Below the pieces are notes generated by a model. The model was given only the letters and a program-made list of their open reading frames with translations. It was not told the origin of the DNA and did no database searches. A DNA stretch of 64,000 nucleotides from Bacillota bacterium. Lineage in GTDB: Bacteria > Bacillota > DTU025 > MWDF01. The first letter of the stretch is position 1, and each line of letters begins with the position of its first letter. The position numbers were made by a program, and so were the translations under genes. This document shows positions 1 through 9,007 of this stretch, piece after piece. The stretch spans positions 21,889 to 85,888 of the forward strand of contig JAKQNF010000016.1 of assembly GCA_029565935.1 (NCBI GenBank), read 5' to 3'.

Positions 1-1
1 G

Positions 2-598
2 GGCAACCCTCTCAGATACCCCAACTCCGACCCTCGTGGAGGCGGCTGGGAGCGCACGATCAACATGCACAGGACCTGCTACCTCATGATCGGCCAGACC
101 AAGGCATGGCTGCCCGATCCGATCAAGGGCGTAGTCTGGTACGGCTACGGCGCACCTGACACCACCTACCTGACACCGCTATGGGCGGCGATGGGAAGCC
201 TGCCGGCGTTCTATCAGACCGGCAGCCGTTATCAGCCGTTCAGGCGCGATTCCGGCTGGTGGACAAACACATACGTACAGGAGCTCTCTACTCTCAAGTA
301 CCAGGCGGCCGTAAAGGACATACACGATTTCAGGCAGCCTCGTATGGACATGCTCTATACCATGGTGCCGCTCATCCAGGAGAAGGCGGCGGAGCTCTAC
401 AAGACCGATCCTAAGGCCGCCATCAGCCTCATCAGCGAGTTCGCTTACGCGAACGCGGTGGCGTGGCACGAGGATTGGCTGCTTCTGGGCGACAAGCTCC
501 TAGGCAAGTACGTATTCGGTTCGACCTACCTGAAGACGACGGCGTTCCCGCAGTGGTGGAACGACCTCATCGGCTTCACCTCGATGCCCGGCAAATGA
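2..598 (+). CDS. C69-family dipeptidase, C-terminal part; 5' end lies outside the window
   Basis: The reading frame is open from the window edge. Its translation (GNPLRYPNSDPRGGGWERTINMHRTCYL...DPKAAISLISEFAYANAVAWHEDWLLLGDKLLGKYV) aligns with the C-terminal third of the two intact C69 dipeptidases here (FGNPNRYPTPATLGEWERAISIFRCSY...DPKLAVSFLTDYSNSNAQKVVDEWWKLFDKLAVKY). The ATG at 65 is internal. Confidence 0.7.
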   Translation, partial: GNPLRYPNSDPRGGGWERTINMHRTCYLMIGQTKAWLPDPIKGVVWYGYGAPDTTYLTPLWAAMGSLPAFYQTGSRYQPFRRDSGWWTNTYVQELSTLKYQAAVKDIHDFRQPRMDMLYTMVPLIQEKAAELYKTDPKAAISLISEFAYANAVAWHEDWLLLGDKLLGKYVFGSTYLKTTAFPQWWNDLIGFTSMPGK

Positions 599-624
599 TG
601 CCGAGCGGTAAAGCATGACCCGAT

Positions 625-658
625 GCCCCGGACCGTCAAGGCCCGGGGCTCTTTTTAT
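625..658 (+). terminator. Rho-independent terminator after the edge dipeptidase gene
   Basis: GC stem gCCCCGG ... CCGGGGc followed by TCTTTTTAT, 25 bp past the stop at 598. Confidence 0.6.
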
Positions 659-828
659 CCTGCCCTGCCACATATGATGAAGTTCATACTACTGCTGAAT
701 GCTACCACCAGGGTCGTAAGCGACCGAAGCATGAAGCCGGCGGCCCGTAAGGCGTGAGGGTGGTCGGACAATGGCCTGCGAGGTACACAAGGAGGCGGCA
801 CCCCTTGGGATCCAAACGGGGGAATCAC

Positions 829-858
829 AAAGGCCCGGGCCGCATGGTCCGGGCCTTT
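829..858. terminator. 10-bp GC hairpin (AAAGGCCCGG/CCGGGCCTTT), candidate terminator for the minus-strand genes above
   Basis: Perfect inverted repeat with T-rich flanks on both strands, just downstream (on the minus strand) of the 899-1147 fragment and the 1172-2335 gene. Confidence 0.45.
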
Positions 859-898
859 GTTATCAGTCGGTTTCTTCCTTATATTCCCAAGCACTCGA

Positions 899-1147
899 CT
901 ATCTCAGTGTTGACTGCCGGGTTGGTCCAGTCCTTCCACGAAGTCGGGAACGTGCTCTGTCTCCAGTACTTGGCCAGCAGCTCGTTCCAAGCTTGAGCCA
1001 ATCGTTGAACCAGCCCACGGAGGTGTTGTAGCAGTATTTGCTGAGCATCGACACCGCGCCCTTAGGATCGGTGGAGTAGATCTTCGTCGCCACGTCCTGT
1101 AGTTTAGCCATCTGCTTGTATATGTTGGCCATCTTGGGGGCCCTCAA
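899..1147 (-). pseudogene. remnant of a C69 dipeptidase C-terminus
   Basis: The 82-aa ORF (…QMAKLQDVATKIYSTDPKGAVSMLSKYCYNTSVGWFNDWLKLG…) matches only the last ~50 residues of the C69 paralogs (FEKDARAIQPTVEKTAAELYKVDPKLAVSFLTDYSNSNAQKVVDEWWKLFDKL). No upstream catalytic part follows it in any frame. Confidence 0.5.
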
Positions 1148-1171
1148 AACTCGAAGGCCCCCAAGAATACG

Positions 1172-2335
1172 CTAGTTCTCGAATACGCGCGAAGGATCGG
1201 CTGCAGAAGGATCGTGCAGGTAGCTGCCGAGCCCGTTGGTCTTAACGTCCGTGAAACGCGGGTACCAGAACTCGACCGCCTTGTCGGGATAGAACTGATC
1301 GTACATCTTTATCAGCTCCAGCGAGGCGGTGAGCAGCCTGGCCACCCGGTGGTCGATGGTGGGAGCGTCGTTGATGTCGTAGCTCGTATAGAGGAGGCCC
1401 TTCTCGGAGGCCCTTTCCAGGAACTCGTCCTTGCCGTCGATCATCAGCTGTTCGGTGACCCTTCCAACTACCCTGTCGATGAAAGGTTCGGCCGTCTCGA
1501 TGAGCACGCAGAGCGCGTCGCTGTAATCGCCTATCTCCCTATGTGTTAGGCCCCTTAGGCCCTTGGGGGAGACTTCGCATTTCATCGGCATCTCCAACTG
1601 GCAATACATTGCGGCCATCATGGCTATGTCCTCTGCCCTCTGATGCGTGACGTAGGTGTCGACCACGGGGTACATCAAGGACGCTTCGTGGAAGTCGATG
1701 ACGAGGTCCACCTTCTCGTTCCTGATGAGCTCCATGAAGGCGAACGACATGCGCTCGGTGAGGGTGCCGTCAGCCCTTCCGGGGAAAGTGCGGTTGAAGT
1801 TCCTGAGGTCCTGGTAGGCCAGGTTCTGCTTGGACGGGTAGTGTACGTAGGTGAACGGGTCCGGCCACTGGTCGATAAGGGCGGTCTCCCTGTCGCCTAT
1901 CCTGTACTGCTGCTGGCCCCAGGAAGTCGGTATGTGCAGGTACTGAGGATACGCGTTGCCGAGGATGCCCTCCGTGGAGGCGCTCATGTCGGCCCTGGGA
2001 ATCAGTATGAACCTTCCGTTGCTCAGCTGCAGGTTCTCCATGATCACATAAACCGCGATGGTCCCTGCCGGCTCGTAAGGATGGGCCCCTCCGTAGATGA
2101 GGACCGTCGCGCCGGGCTTGCCGGAATCATAGAAGTAGACAGGAGTGTCGCCCCATGTCCCTTTGATGTTGGGCAGCCAGTCGGACAGCATCCTTTTTTC
2201 AGTGAAGGCCTCCGACACTACAACTTTCTCCTTGAAGTACCTAAGGCCCTTGAACTCGGCGGACGCGAAGCCGGCGAGCACCAGGAAAAGGACGAGGAAT
2301 GCCAGTTTCCTAATGTTAGAAGCGCTCATTCCCAC
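1172..2335 (-). CDS. secreted M14-like zinc hydrolase (succinylglutamate desuccinylase/aspartoacylase / zinc-carboxypeptidase superfamily)
   Basis: 387 aa with an N-terminal signal peptide (KLAFLVLFLVLAGFASA). Contains GGAHPYEPAG (an HxxE zinc motif) and a downstream His in FHEASLMYP, the order expected for M14/AstE-AspA enzymes. Confidence 0.55.
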   Translation of the reverse strand: MGMSASNIRKLAFLVLFLVLAGFASAEFKGLRYFKEKVVVSEAFTEKRMLSDWLPNIKGTWGDTPVYFYDSGKPGATVLIYGGAHPYEPAGTIAVYVIMENLQLSNGRFILIPRADMSASTEGILGNAYPQYLHIPTSWGQQQYRIGDRETALIDQWPDPFTYVHYPSKQNLAYQDLRNFNRTFPGRADGTLTERMSFAFMELIRNEKVDLVIDFHEASLMYPVVDTYVTHQRAEDIAMMAAMYCQLEMPMKCEVSPKGLRGLTHREIGDYSDALCVLIETAEPFIDRVVGRVTEQLMIDGKDEFLERASEKGLLYTSYDINDAPTIDHRVARLLTASLELIKMYDQFYPDKAVEFWYPRFTDVKTNGLGSYLHDPSAADPSRVFEN

Positions 2336-2537
2336 ACCCCCTTTACCTGATGCGCAGGGCGCGCAGCAGGAATGGTATTACCGCGTATGCGTATACGATG
2401 TCATAGACGAGATTCGTGCGCGTCGTCCTCTTGAAGAGGGCCCTGACAAGCAGAAGCCCGAAGAAGCCCGACATGATGAGGTAAATGTAGTGGATAATCT
2501 CTTGTAGGATTACCATAAGACTCCCTCCTTCGCTTCC

Positions 2538-3845
2538 CTATTTAGTCAGGGGTACGAACGTCTTGGTGAATATGAGCATGCACAACGCCAAAGCGGCGAG
2601 GAACAGCCAGGGCACCAGCACGGCCTTTAAGAACTGCATGTAGGAGCCCTTGTAGCCGACCTTCTCTATCGACAGCCTACCCACGATCCTCGAAGGTGGC
2701 AGGCAGTCGCCCAGAGGGAACATCAAGCTCAAAGCGGCGGCCACGACCGTAACGTTCACTCCGACCGAATTGAAGCGGAAGATTATTGGAACACCCAGGA
2801 TGACCGCGCTGCCGTAAGACAGCGAACCCTGGGCCAGCGGGCAGAATAGGAGCGCCGTGACGTATATCCATACTATGGGCAGCGTGACGAAGTTGATCGC
2901 TATGAGCCCTCTGACGCCCGTAAGCGCCATGATGTTGACCAGCACGCCGACGCTGGTCAGAGTCGCCACCAGGGGGAATACGGTCTCGATGGTGTTCGTC
3001 GCGACCGTCCACCAGCGCTTAAGGCTCCTATGCTCCGGATCTAGCAGTATCACGAGCAGCGCGCAGAGCATGAACGTCAGCGGCAGGCCGATGACCGGGA
3101 TTACAAACGGCTGGTATTGCGCCATGAATATCAGCAAGAGCAGGAGCACGAAAGGAAGCGAGAGCCTCAGCCAGTTCATGCCCTTGGCCGCAGGTGGCAG
3201 ATTGGCGAGAACTTCGGACTTCGGCCTGGCCTTTGTCCCCCTGCCGAAGAAGAACACCGCGAATATCGTGGTCAGGATTACGGGGATGAAGAGGATCTTG
3301 TTGAATCCCACGTACGGCATGTTGGCGCCGGCTGCCATTAGCATCGCCCACAGGTTGATAGGAGGGGCCGCGGCCGAAAGGATGGCCGTTATGAACACGA
3401 AGGCGGCCCTTCTCTCGGGCGGGAATCCCATGAATTCAAGGACTGTCGCAACAAGGCCGCCGACCACTAGTATGGAGACGCTGCCCGCGCCTGTGAAAGC
3501 GCCTGGGACCAGCATCACGAACGCCAGCAGGAATAGCATTAGCCATTTCTTGTCGTAGAAGGTCTTGACCATGCCCCTTATCAAGGCGTTGGTGGCGCCG
3601 ATCTCGGAGTAGAAGTTCATGAAAAGTGACGCCGTTATGAAAAGGAGGGCCAGGTCGAGGTAGGTGAGCGTGCCTTCCACCAGAAGGCGCACGGGGAAGC
3701 CGAAGCCTGCTACCAGGGCGCCTACGATGGCCGTTATCACCATGGAGATCTCCGGGGACTTGAGCTTCCAGCTGCAAAGGACGAAGACTGCGACCATTGC
3801 GATAAGGGTATACGTAGTCTGTAGAGTCATGCGAAATACCCCCAA
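2538..3845 (-). CDS. polytopic permease (12 or more TM helices, ion-transporter-superfamily style such as DctM/GntP/YfcC-like); substrate unknown
   Basis: 435 aa, hydrophobic throughout with short loops; good start with RBS. I cannot assign a family by eye. Confidence 0.45.
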   Translation of the reverse strand: MGVFRMTLQTTYTLIAMVAVFVLCSWKLKSPEISMVITAIVGALVAGFGFPVRLLVEGTLTYLDLALLFITASLFMNFYSEIGATNALIRGMVKTFYDKKWLMLFLLAFVMLVPGAFTGAGSVSILVVGGLVATVLEFMGFPPERRAAFVFITAILSAAAPPINLWAMLMAAGANMPYVGFNKILFIPVILTTIFAVFFFGRGTKARPKSEVLANLPPAAKGMNWLRLSLPFVLLLLLIFMAQYQPFVIPVIGLPLTFMLCALLVILLDPEHRSLKRWWTVATNTIETVFPLVATLTSVGVLVNIMALTGVRGLIAINFVTLPIVWIYVTALLFCPLAQGSLSYGSAVILGVPIIFRFNSVGVNVTVVAAALSLMFPLGDCLPPSRIVGRLSIEKVGYKGSYMQFLKAVLVPWLFLAALALCMLIFTKTFVPLTK

Positions 3846-3875
3846 AAAATACGCCCCATCAAGGGGCGTATTTAA

Positions 3876-4487
3876 TTACTTGGAAAACATCGATGCGAAA
3901 AGTCCTGGGAGGTCTAGGATGCTAGTATCGAAGTAGGTTAGCGGGACCTTGTTCTTGTCGGCGATCTTCTTGAACTTGCCGTCAGAATCGCCGTCCTTCC
4001 TTATGATGAGGTAGTCGGCGAAAGGTGCGATCGCATCGATGCTCTGCTCGTTTGCGCTGCCGGCTAGGCCTCTGTTGTCCTTTCCGTTCACGAGTAGGGC
4101 CACTATCTTGATCTTAAGCTTCTTGGCTTCCGCGACGACCTTGTTCAGGCGCGCGACCTCCTCGTCGATGGTTATGCCGGATGCCCCGAGCCCCTTGGCG
4201 CTCGAGCTTATGGCGAAGATTATGGTCTTGTACTTTGTAATTTCAGAGGGCTGGGGCTCAGCGCTGTACCAGTAATTGGTCTCGTAGATCATTACAGCCT
4301 TTGATGCGGCCGTGACATTTATTAGAGTGCGCATCTGCTTTCCGTCAGGCCCCTGGCCGGCGTTGCTGAGAAGGCAGGGGAACTCGAATTTCGGCGGTGT
4401 CGAGCCCGTTACCGCCGCAGTTGCCACGTTGGCTCCCATCAGCAGCATCAGGCCCAGAAGGACAATTAGAATCGGGATCCTCTTCAT
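3876..4487 (-). CDS. secreted or periplasmic protein of unknown function, co-oriented with the permease
   Basis: 203 aa with signal peptide MKRIPILIVLLGLMLLMGANVATA; GGAGA RBS 8 nt upstream. 30-bp gap to the downstream permease suggests co-transcription. Confidence 0.4.
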   Translation of the reverse strand: MKRIPILIVLLGLMLLMGANVATAAVTGSTPPKFEFPCLLSNAGQGPDGKQMRTLINVTAASKAVMIYETNYWYSAEPQPSEITKYKTIIFAISSSAKGLGASGITIDEEVARLNKVVAEAKKLKIKIVALLVNGKDNRGLAGSANEQSIDAIAPFADYLIIRKDGDSDGKFKKIADKNKVPLTYFDTSILDLPGLFASMFSK

Positions 4488-4837
4488 TGGTTTTCTCCTT
4501 TCGTTTAGGCTACAATCTATGACGCCGGAGACGGCGTTTTGTTTTCCTTTTTCTGGTCTTCTAAAGAAAATTATAGTTGATACTCACTAAACAACAACAC
4601 AAATATCGGTCTTGTATACAAGCCCCCTCTCCTCTTGCTTATCCATCCAGCGCCTCCTTTAAGGCCATACTGAAGCAAATTCCGCTGCTGTTTGGTCCAA
4701 GGTGCCGAATATATACGTGTACTAATAAAATACAATCGTCACTTCCGGCACGCATGGTTTCTTCATGGGAACCCCGACATCCTGCACACCGTCGACAGGT
4801 AACGAAATAGTGTATCATTGATACTCGGAGGGTCACC

Positions 4838-6025
4838 ATGAACGACGTTACGATCATAGCCGCGTTCGTTTTACTGCTGGCAGCGGGGCTGTATGAGGCC
4901 GGCATGCACAGAAGGCGCATAGCGCGATTCAAAATCAGGGTGAACGTGAACGGCACGAGGGGGAAGTCTACGGTCACGAGACTGATCGCGGCCGGGCTTT
5001 CGGCCGCCGGTATAAGGACCGTGGCGAAGACCACGGGGACGACGCCCAGGATCATACTACCCGACGGCACTGAAGAGCCGATAAGAAGGCGCGGAAGGGC
5101 GAGGATATCGGAGCACGTATGGGTGGCGAAGAGGGCCCTTGCGGCGGACGCTAAGGCATTGGTCGTCGAATGCATGGCGCTTGAAGAGGAGAACCAGAGA
5201 ATATATGAGCACATGCTGGTAAGATCCACCATCGGGGTAATAACCAACATCAGGAAGGACCACCTCGACGTGATGGGACCGGAGCTCGATGACGTAGCGA
5301 GGACGCTGGCCATCACCATCCCAAAGAACGGACACCTCGTCACCGTGGACGGCCCGTTCACGAAGATGCTCAAGGAAAGATGCGAGGCGATGGGCACCGA
5401 GCTGAGGATAGCCTCAGGGGATTCGGTGAGCCCTGAAGAGCTCGCAATGTTCGGATACACGTCATTCGCCGAGAACGTAGCCGTGGCGCTCGCCGTCTGC
5501 GATATAGCGGGAGTCGACAGGCAGACGGCGCTTAAGGGCATGTTGGCCGCAAGGCCTGATCCGGGGGTTAGCCCTGTCGCGGATTTGCTGATATCAGGTA
5601 GGAAGATGCATATAGTGAACGCATTCGCGGCGAACGACGTCGAATCGACAATGAAGATGTGGGAGGACTTCGCGATGCCGCTCAGGTCCTCGTACGACAG
5701 GTCTTTCATAATGGTGAACAACAGGGAGGACAGGCCCCAGAGGGTGGGGGAGATGTCCAGGCTCGCCGCAGGGCTGAGGCCCGACCGCGTTTTCTACGTG
5801 GGGAAGCTGCAGCACCTCGCGATGAGGCTGACCCCGGGTGGTTACGAGGGGGCGAGCGCCCTGCACGAGAGGACGCCGGACGCCATACTCGAAAGGGTGG
5901 CAGATGAGCTGCCCGAGAACGCGACGGCCCTGGTTTTCCTGGCTGGAAACACCAAAGGCGCAGGCAGCCTGCTCACCGAGCACATACAGGCGATGACGGC
6001 AGAAAGTGGAGGTAGCCGGGCATGA
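4838..6025 (+). CDS. pgsB: poly-gamma-glutamate synthase PgsB/CapB (Mur-ligase-like amide ligase)
   Basis: 395 aa with an N-terminal TM helix, then the Mur-ligase P-loop VNGTRGKSTVTRL. Matches PgsB/CapB in length and layout. GGAGGG RBS. Confidence 0.85.
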   Translation: MNDVTIIAAFVLLLAAGLYEAGMHRRRIARFKIRVNVNGTRGKSTVTRLIAAGLSAAGIRTVAKTTGTTPRIILPDGTEEPIRRRGRARISEHVWVAKRALAADAKALVVECMALEEENQRIYEHMLVRSTIGVITNIRKDHLDVMGPELDDVARTLAITIPKNGHLVTVDGPFTKMLKERCEAMGTELRIASGDSVSPEELAMFGYTSFAENVAVALAVCDIAGVDRQTALKGMLAARPDPGVSPVADLLISGRKMHIVNAFAANDVESTMKMWEDFAMPLRSSYDRSFIMVNNREDRPQRVGEMSRLAAGLRPDRVFYVGKLQHLAMRLTPGGYEGASALHERTPDAILERVADELPENATALVFLAGNTKGAGSLLTEHIQAMTAESGGSRA

Positions 6026-6450
6026 TAGGTACTTCTGTGACCATAGGGGTGATACTGAGCTTTCTTTACGGGGAGGTCACAGGGCTGCTGACCGGGGGAC
6101 TGGTCGGGCCTGGCTATCTTGCGCTCTACATGGACCAGCCGATAAGGATAGCGATCACGCTCGTCATAGCTGCGCTCACCTACTTGTTCGTAAACGCGAT
6201 ATCCAACTACGTTATCCTCTTCGGCAGGCGGCGCTTCATGGCGATGGTCCTTACGGGCATGTTCATGGGCTGGCTGGTCGGCAGGGTCGTCTCGTGGATA
6301 CCGAGCCTCGGCCAGGACATAAGGGCCATAGGCTATATAATCCCTGGGCTGATAGCCAACGACTCGAGCAAGCAGGGCCTGCCGAAGACGCTGGTCTCGA
6401 CGCTGCTCGTAGCGGGAGTGGTGAGGCTGCTACTCCTTCTCATATACTGA
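6022..6450 (+). CDS. pgsC: poly-gamma-glutamate synthesis membrane protein PgsC/CapC
   Basis: 142 aa, 4-5 TM helices; ATGA start/stop overlap with pgsB. Size and position are typical for CapC. Confidence 0.8.
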   Translation: MIGTSVTIGVILSFLYGEVTGLLTGGLVGPGYLALYMDQPIRIAITLVIAALTYLFVNAISNYVILFGRRRFMAMVLTGMFMGWLVGRVVSWIPSLGQDIRAIGYIIPGLIANDSSKQGLPKTLVSTLLVAGVVRLLLLLIY

Positions 6451-6466
6451 CGGCAAGGGGTGTCCC

Positions 6467-7552
6467 ATGGCGAAAAGGAAGCTCAACCCCATATGGATGG
6501 CGGCCGCGTTCGCGGTAGTTGCGGCATCCCTATGGATAACATTTTCTACCAGTTTCATGGCGAAGCACGAAAGATACGACGACATGCTCGCAGCGGCGAG
6601 GAAGATGGCCGAGGCGACGGCTGAGATAAAAAGGATGAGGGCAGAGCTCGGAATACCCATAAGCCCGGCGGACGATCCTAACGGCACGGGACTGATAGGC
6701 CAGGAGTTGACCGACATAACCACGACGGTCGGCAACCTCCAGTCGAAGAGGACCTCGACGAATCCCGACTTCGCGGCGCTCACCGTGAGCTACTTCGACA
6801 AGCTCGGCCTAAAGGACAAGGACCTCGTCGCGGTGGGGGCGAGCGGCTCCTTCCCCGGCATCATGATCTCCGTTCTCTCGGCATGCTACGTGACCGGGGT
6901 CGAGCCGGTGATCATACCCTCGATAGGCGCGTCCGAATACGGGGCGAACATACCGGGGCTCACTTCGGTTGAGATGCTCGACAGGCTCAATAAGGCCGGC
7001 ATATTCGACTATGTCCCGGCCGCGATATCCCTTGGCGGCGCCGGCGACATCGGGGAGGGCGGCATCATCGCCGACTCGAAGCCGATACTGCAAAGGATCG
7101 CCGACGAATCCGGCCACAGGGTAATAGTGCCCGCCGATACTCCGGACAGCATCAGGCAGAGGATGGCGGCGTTCGAGGCGGCAGGGGAGATCAAGGCCTT
7201 CATCAACATAGGGGGCGCCGAGCCAAACTTCGGCTCTACCTCGGCCTCTTTGGAAGTATCTAACGGCATAGTGACGAAACCGCCGAGGAAAGTGGATTCT
7301 CCGGACATGGGGCTGATTTTCGAGTATCTTAACAAGGGTGTGCCGGTCATCCATTTCCTCGACATAAAAGGCCTGGCCATGAAGAGCGGCATACCTGTCG
7401 ACCCGGTGCCGCTGCCGGCTTTTGGAACTAGCATGGTATATTTCCAGAAGAAGTACGAGAAAGCCTACGCGGCGGCGGGGCTCGTGGCGGCGGTGCTGCT
7501 CGTCACGGTTCCGGTCGCGCTAGGGAAGGGGAAAGGCCTTGGCAAGAGATAA
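6467..7552 (+). CDS. poly-gamma-glutamate system protein (the third component found in PgsA/CapA-less PGA loci)
   Basis: 361 aa with an N-terminal TM anchor (IWMAAAFAVVAASLWITF), a large soluble domain, and a C-terminal TM helix plus a GKGKGLGKR tail. It follows pgsC directly. No CapA-like metallophosphatase gene is present. Confidence 0.6.
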   Translation: MAKRKLNPIWMAAAFAVVAASLWITFSTSFMAKHERYDDMLAAARKMAEATAEIKRMRAELGIPISPADDPNGTGLIGQELTDITTTVGNLQSKRTSTNPDFAALTVSYFDKLGLKDKDLVAVGASGSFPGIMISVLSACYVTGVEPVIIPSIGASEYGANIPGLTSVEMLDRLNKAGIFDYVPAAISLGGAGDIGEGGIIADSKPILQRIADESGHRVIVPADTPDSIRQRMAAFEAAGEIKAFINIGGAEPNFGSTSASLEVSNGIVTKPPRKVDSPDMGLIFEYLNKGVPVIHFLDIKGLAMKSGIPVDPVPLPAFGTSMVYFQKKYEKAYAAAGLVAAVLLVTVPVALGKGKGLGKR

Positions 7553-8504
7553 GGACGAGCTGACCGGCACGAGAAGGACCGTGCTGCTGGCGCTGCTGCT
7601 ATCCTTGGGAGTAGGCCTGCACGCCCTCGAAGCCCAGATACCGGTGCCCATAGCCCTCCCCGGGGCCAAGCTGGGCCTTGCGAACATAGTGACACTCGTG
7701 GCCCTGTATGCGATAGGGCCGGGCGAAGCGGTGGTTCTCGCGGTCTTGAGGGTGCTACTGGGAAGCCTGGTGACCGGCACGTTCGGTTCAATGGCGTTCA
7801 TGATGGCACTGGCCGGGGCGACCGGCAGCGGCCTTGTGATGGCAGGTTTCAAGGCGGCAACGTCGGGAAAAGGGAAATTCGCCGCCCCCTGTTCGATAGC
7901 GGGAGCCATCGCCCACAACCTGTTCCAGCTGGGCGTATTCACTCTTGTCTCCGGGACGGCGAAAGTCTTCGTCATGCTGCCGTATCTGCTGGCCGTCGCT
8001 TTGCCGACGGGCTATTTCACGGGCTTAGGGGCCCTGTACGGCCTTTCTGCGCTGAGGAGCGCACCTGGATTTAGACGCAGGCTCGAGGGCATCGATACGG
8101 CATCGGGCAGGAAGTCGCTGCTGGGCACGGTGGCAGTGATGGCAGCGTTGCTGGCCATAGCGTTCGGGGCTATAAAGCTGTCGGAGAGGATAGCGCTTGC
8201 GAGAATCACCCAGTACGACGGCAAGGTGATTCAGATAAAGGCCTTCGAGACCGATGCGAGGAGGGGGAGCGTCGTCGCGACCTTCCCATGGCCGCCGGAC
8301 GGAAGCGCCGAAGAAGGGGAGTTTGAGGTCCAAGGGCGCATCGGCGTGTCGGTCCTGCAGTACGACGACGAGCTCGGCGTAAGGTTCGTTTCATCTCCCT
8401 GCCCGGACAAGCTGTGCATCAGGCATGGCTGGGTGAACGACGAGACCGACCTTGCGGCGTGTCTGCCTAATGGCCTTATCGTGACGGTGGAAGAAGGCAA
8501 GTGA
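7539..8504 (+). CDS. fusion of a Gx-transporter-family membrane domain (heptaprenyl-diphosphate-synthase-component-I-like) with a NusG-domain-II-like C-terminal domain
   Basis: The N-terminal ~190 aa are polytopic and Gly-rich (GSLVTGTFGSMAFMMALAGATGSG), as in Gx transporters. The C-terminus carries the NusG_II hallmark …VRFVSSPCPDKLCIRHGWVNDETDLAACLPNGLIVTVEEGK. Putative TTG start overlaps the preceding gene by 14 nt. Confidence 0.6.
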   Translation: MARDKDELTGTRRTVLLALLLSLGVGLHALEAQIPVPIALPGAKLGLANIVTLVALYAIGPGEAVVLAVLRVLLGSLVTGTFGSMAFMMALAGATGSGLVMAGFKAATSGKGKFAAPCSIAGAIAHNLFQLGVFTLVSGTAKVFVMLPYLLAVALPTGYFTGLGALYGLSALRSAPGFRRRLEGIDTASGRKSLLGTVAVMAALLAIAFGAIKLSERIALARITQYDGKVIQIKAFETDARRGSVVATFPWPPDGSAEEGEFEVQGRIGVSVLQYDDELGVRFVSSPCPDKLCIRHGWVNDETDLAACLPNGLIVTVEEGK

Positions 8505-8623
8505 TCCCGGAAGGAACGCATGCGCGTAATCCGCACCCAAGCACCGCCGACTTGTCCTAGAATTGCGGCTCGACCGCTCAATATATGCGAACCGACGATG
8601 AGCTTCCTGACGAAAGACACATG

Positions 8624-8649
8624 CCGTCCTTAGAGGACGGTTTTGTTTT
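8624..8649 (+). terminator. Rho-independent terminator of the pgs operon
   Basis: CCGTCCT-tag-AGGACGG stem followed by TTTTGTTTTAT, 120 bp after the last stop. Confidence 0.75.
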
Positions 8650-8746
8650 ATGAACATTGTGTGAACATCACGTTTTAAAGGAACGCCAGGCCTTCTTATT
8701 TCGTAGTAATAAGTAAAGAGTTAAACGAGTGCCAATCAGGCCTATA

Positions 8747-8878
8747 GGGGCTGGGCCGGCGCAAAGTCGATCGATGGTAGGATCATGCCAGCAGGAACCG
8801 GAGGAAGGATGTGGTCCATGGCGGATGCTTCTTTAGATCTAGATGATGGAACGAAAGCCAACCGCGCCGGAAAGCCCC
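8747..8878 (+). ncRNA. candidate structured small RNA (about 130 nt) closed by a long-range terminal helix; identity unknown
   Basis: 5' GGGGCU-GGG-CCGGCGC … GCGCCGG-AAA-AGCCCC 3' can form a 6+7 bp closing helix around ~105 nt. No plausible ORF. Sits in a 540-bp gap between a + strand terminator (8624-8649) and a second strong hairpin (8976-9007). Contains a CCAGCAGGAACCGGAGGAAGG stretch loosely reminiscent of SRP RNA domain IV but lacking the conserved AGCAGC. Confidence 0.25.
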
Positions 8879-8975
8879 GTTAACATAGATGGAACCAAGG
8901 CTTAGACCTAACCAACGAAGGATCATGGACCGGAAGAACATCACGAACAGACCGATTGTCTTCTAACCACGGGGA

Positions 8976-9007
8976 AAGGCCGCATTCCATCGGAGGGATG
9001 CGGCCTT
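8976..9007. terminator. 10-bp perfect GC hairpin (AAGGCCGCAT/ATGCGGCCTT), likely terminator
   Basis: Followed on + by TGCCTTTG. Lies 36 bp beyond the stop of the minus-strand ABC permease (9043). It could end that operon, a + strand small transcript, or both. Confidence 0.5.

Noticed and set aside
8790-8830. Bacterial SRP (4.5S) RNA because of CCAGCAGGAACCGGAGGAAGG resembling CAGGUCCGGAAGGAAGCAGC
   Set aside because: The universally conserved AGCAGC / GGAA-tetraloop arrangement of domain IV is not reproducible in a fold of this sequence. Kept only as an unspecified structured-RNA candidate.
8747-8878. tmRNA (ssrA) because the candidate RNA begins GGGGCUG like tmRNA
   Set aside because: No tRNA-like T-arm (GGUUCGAnUCC) or acceptor 3' end follows. 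No tag-peptide reading frame ends in a hydrophobic ALAA-type tail. No pseudoknot pattern seen.
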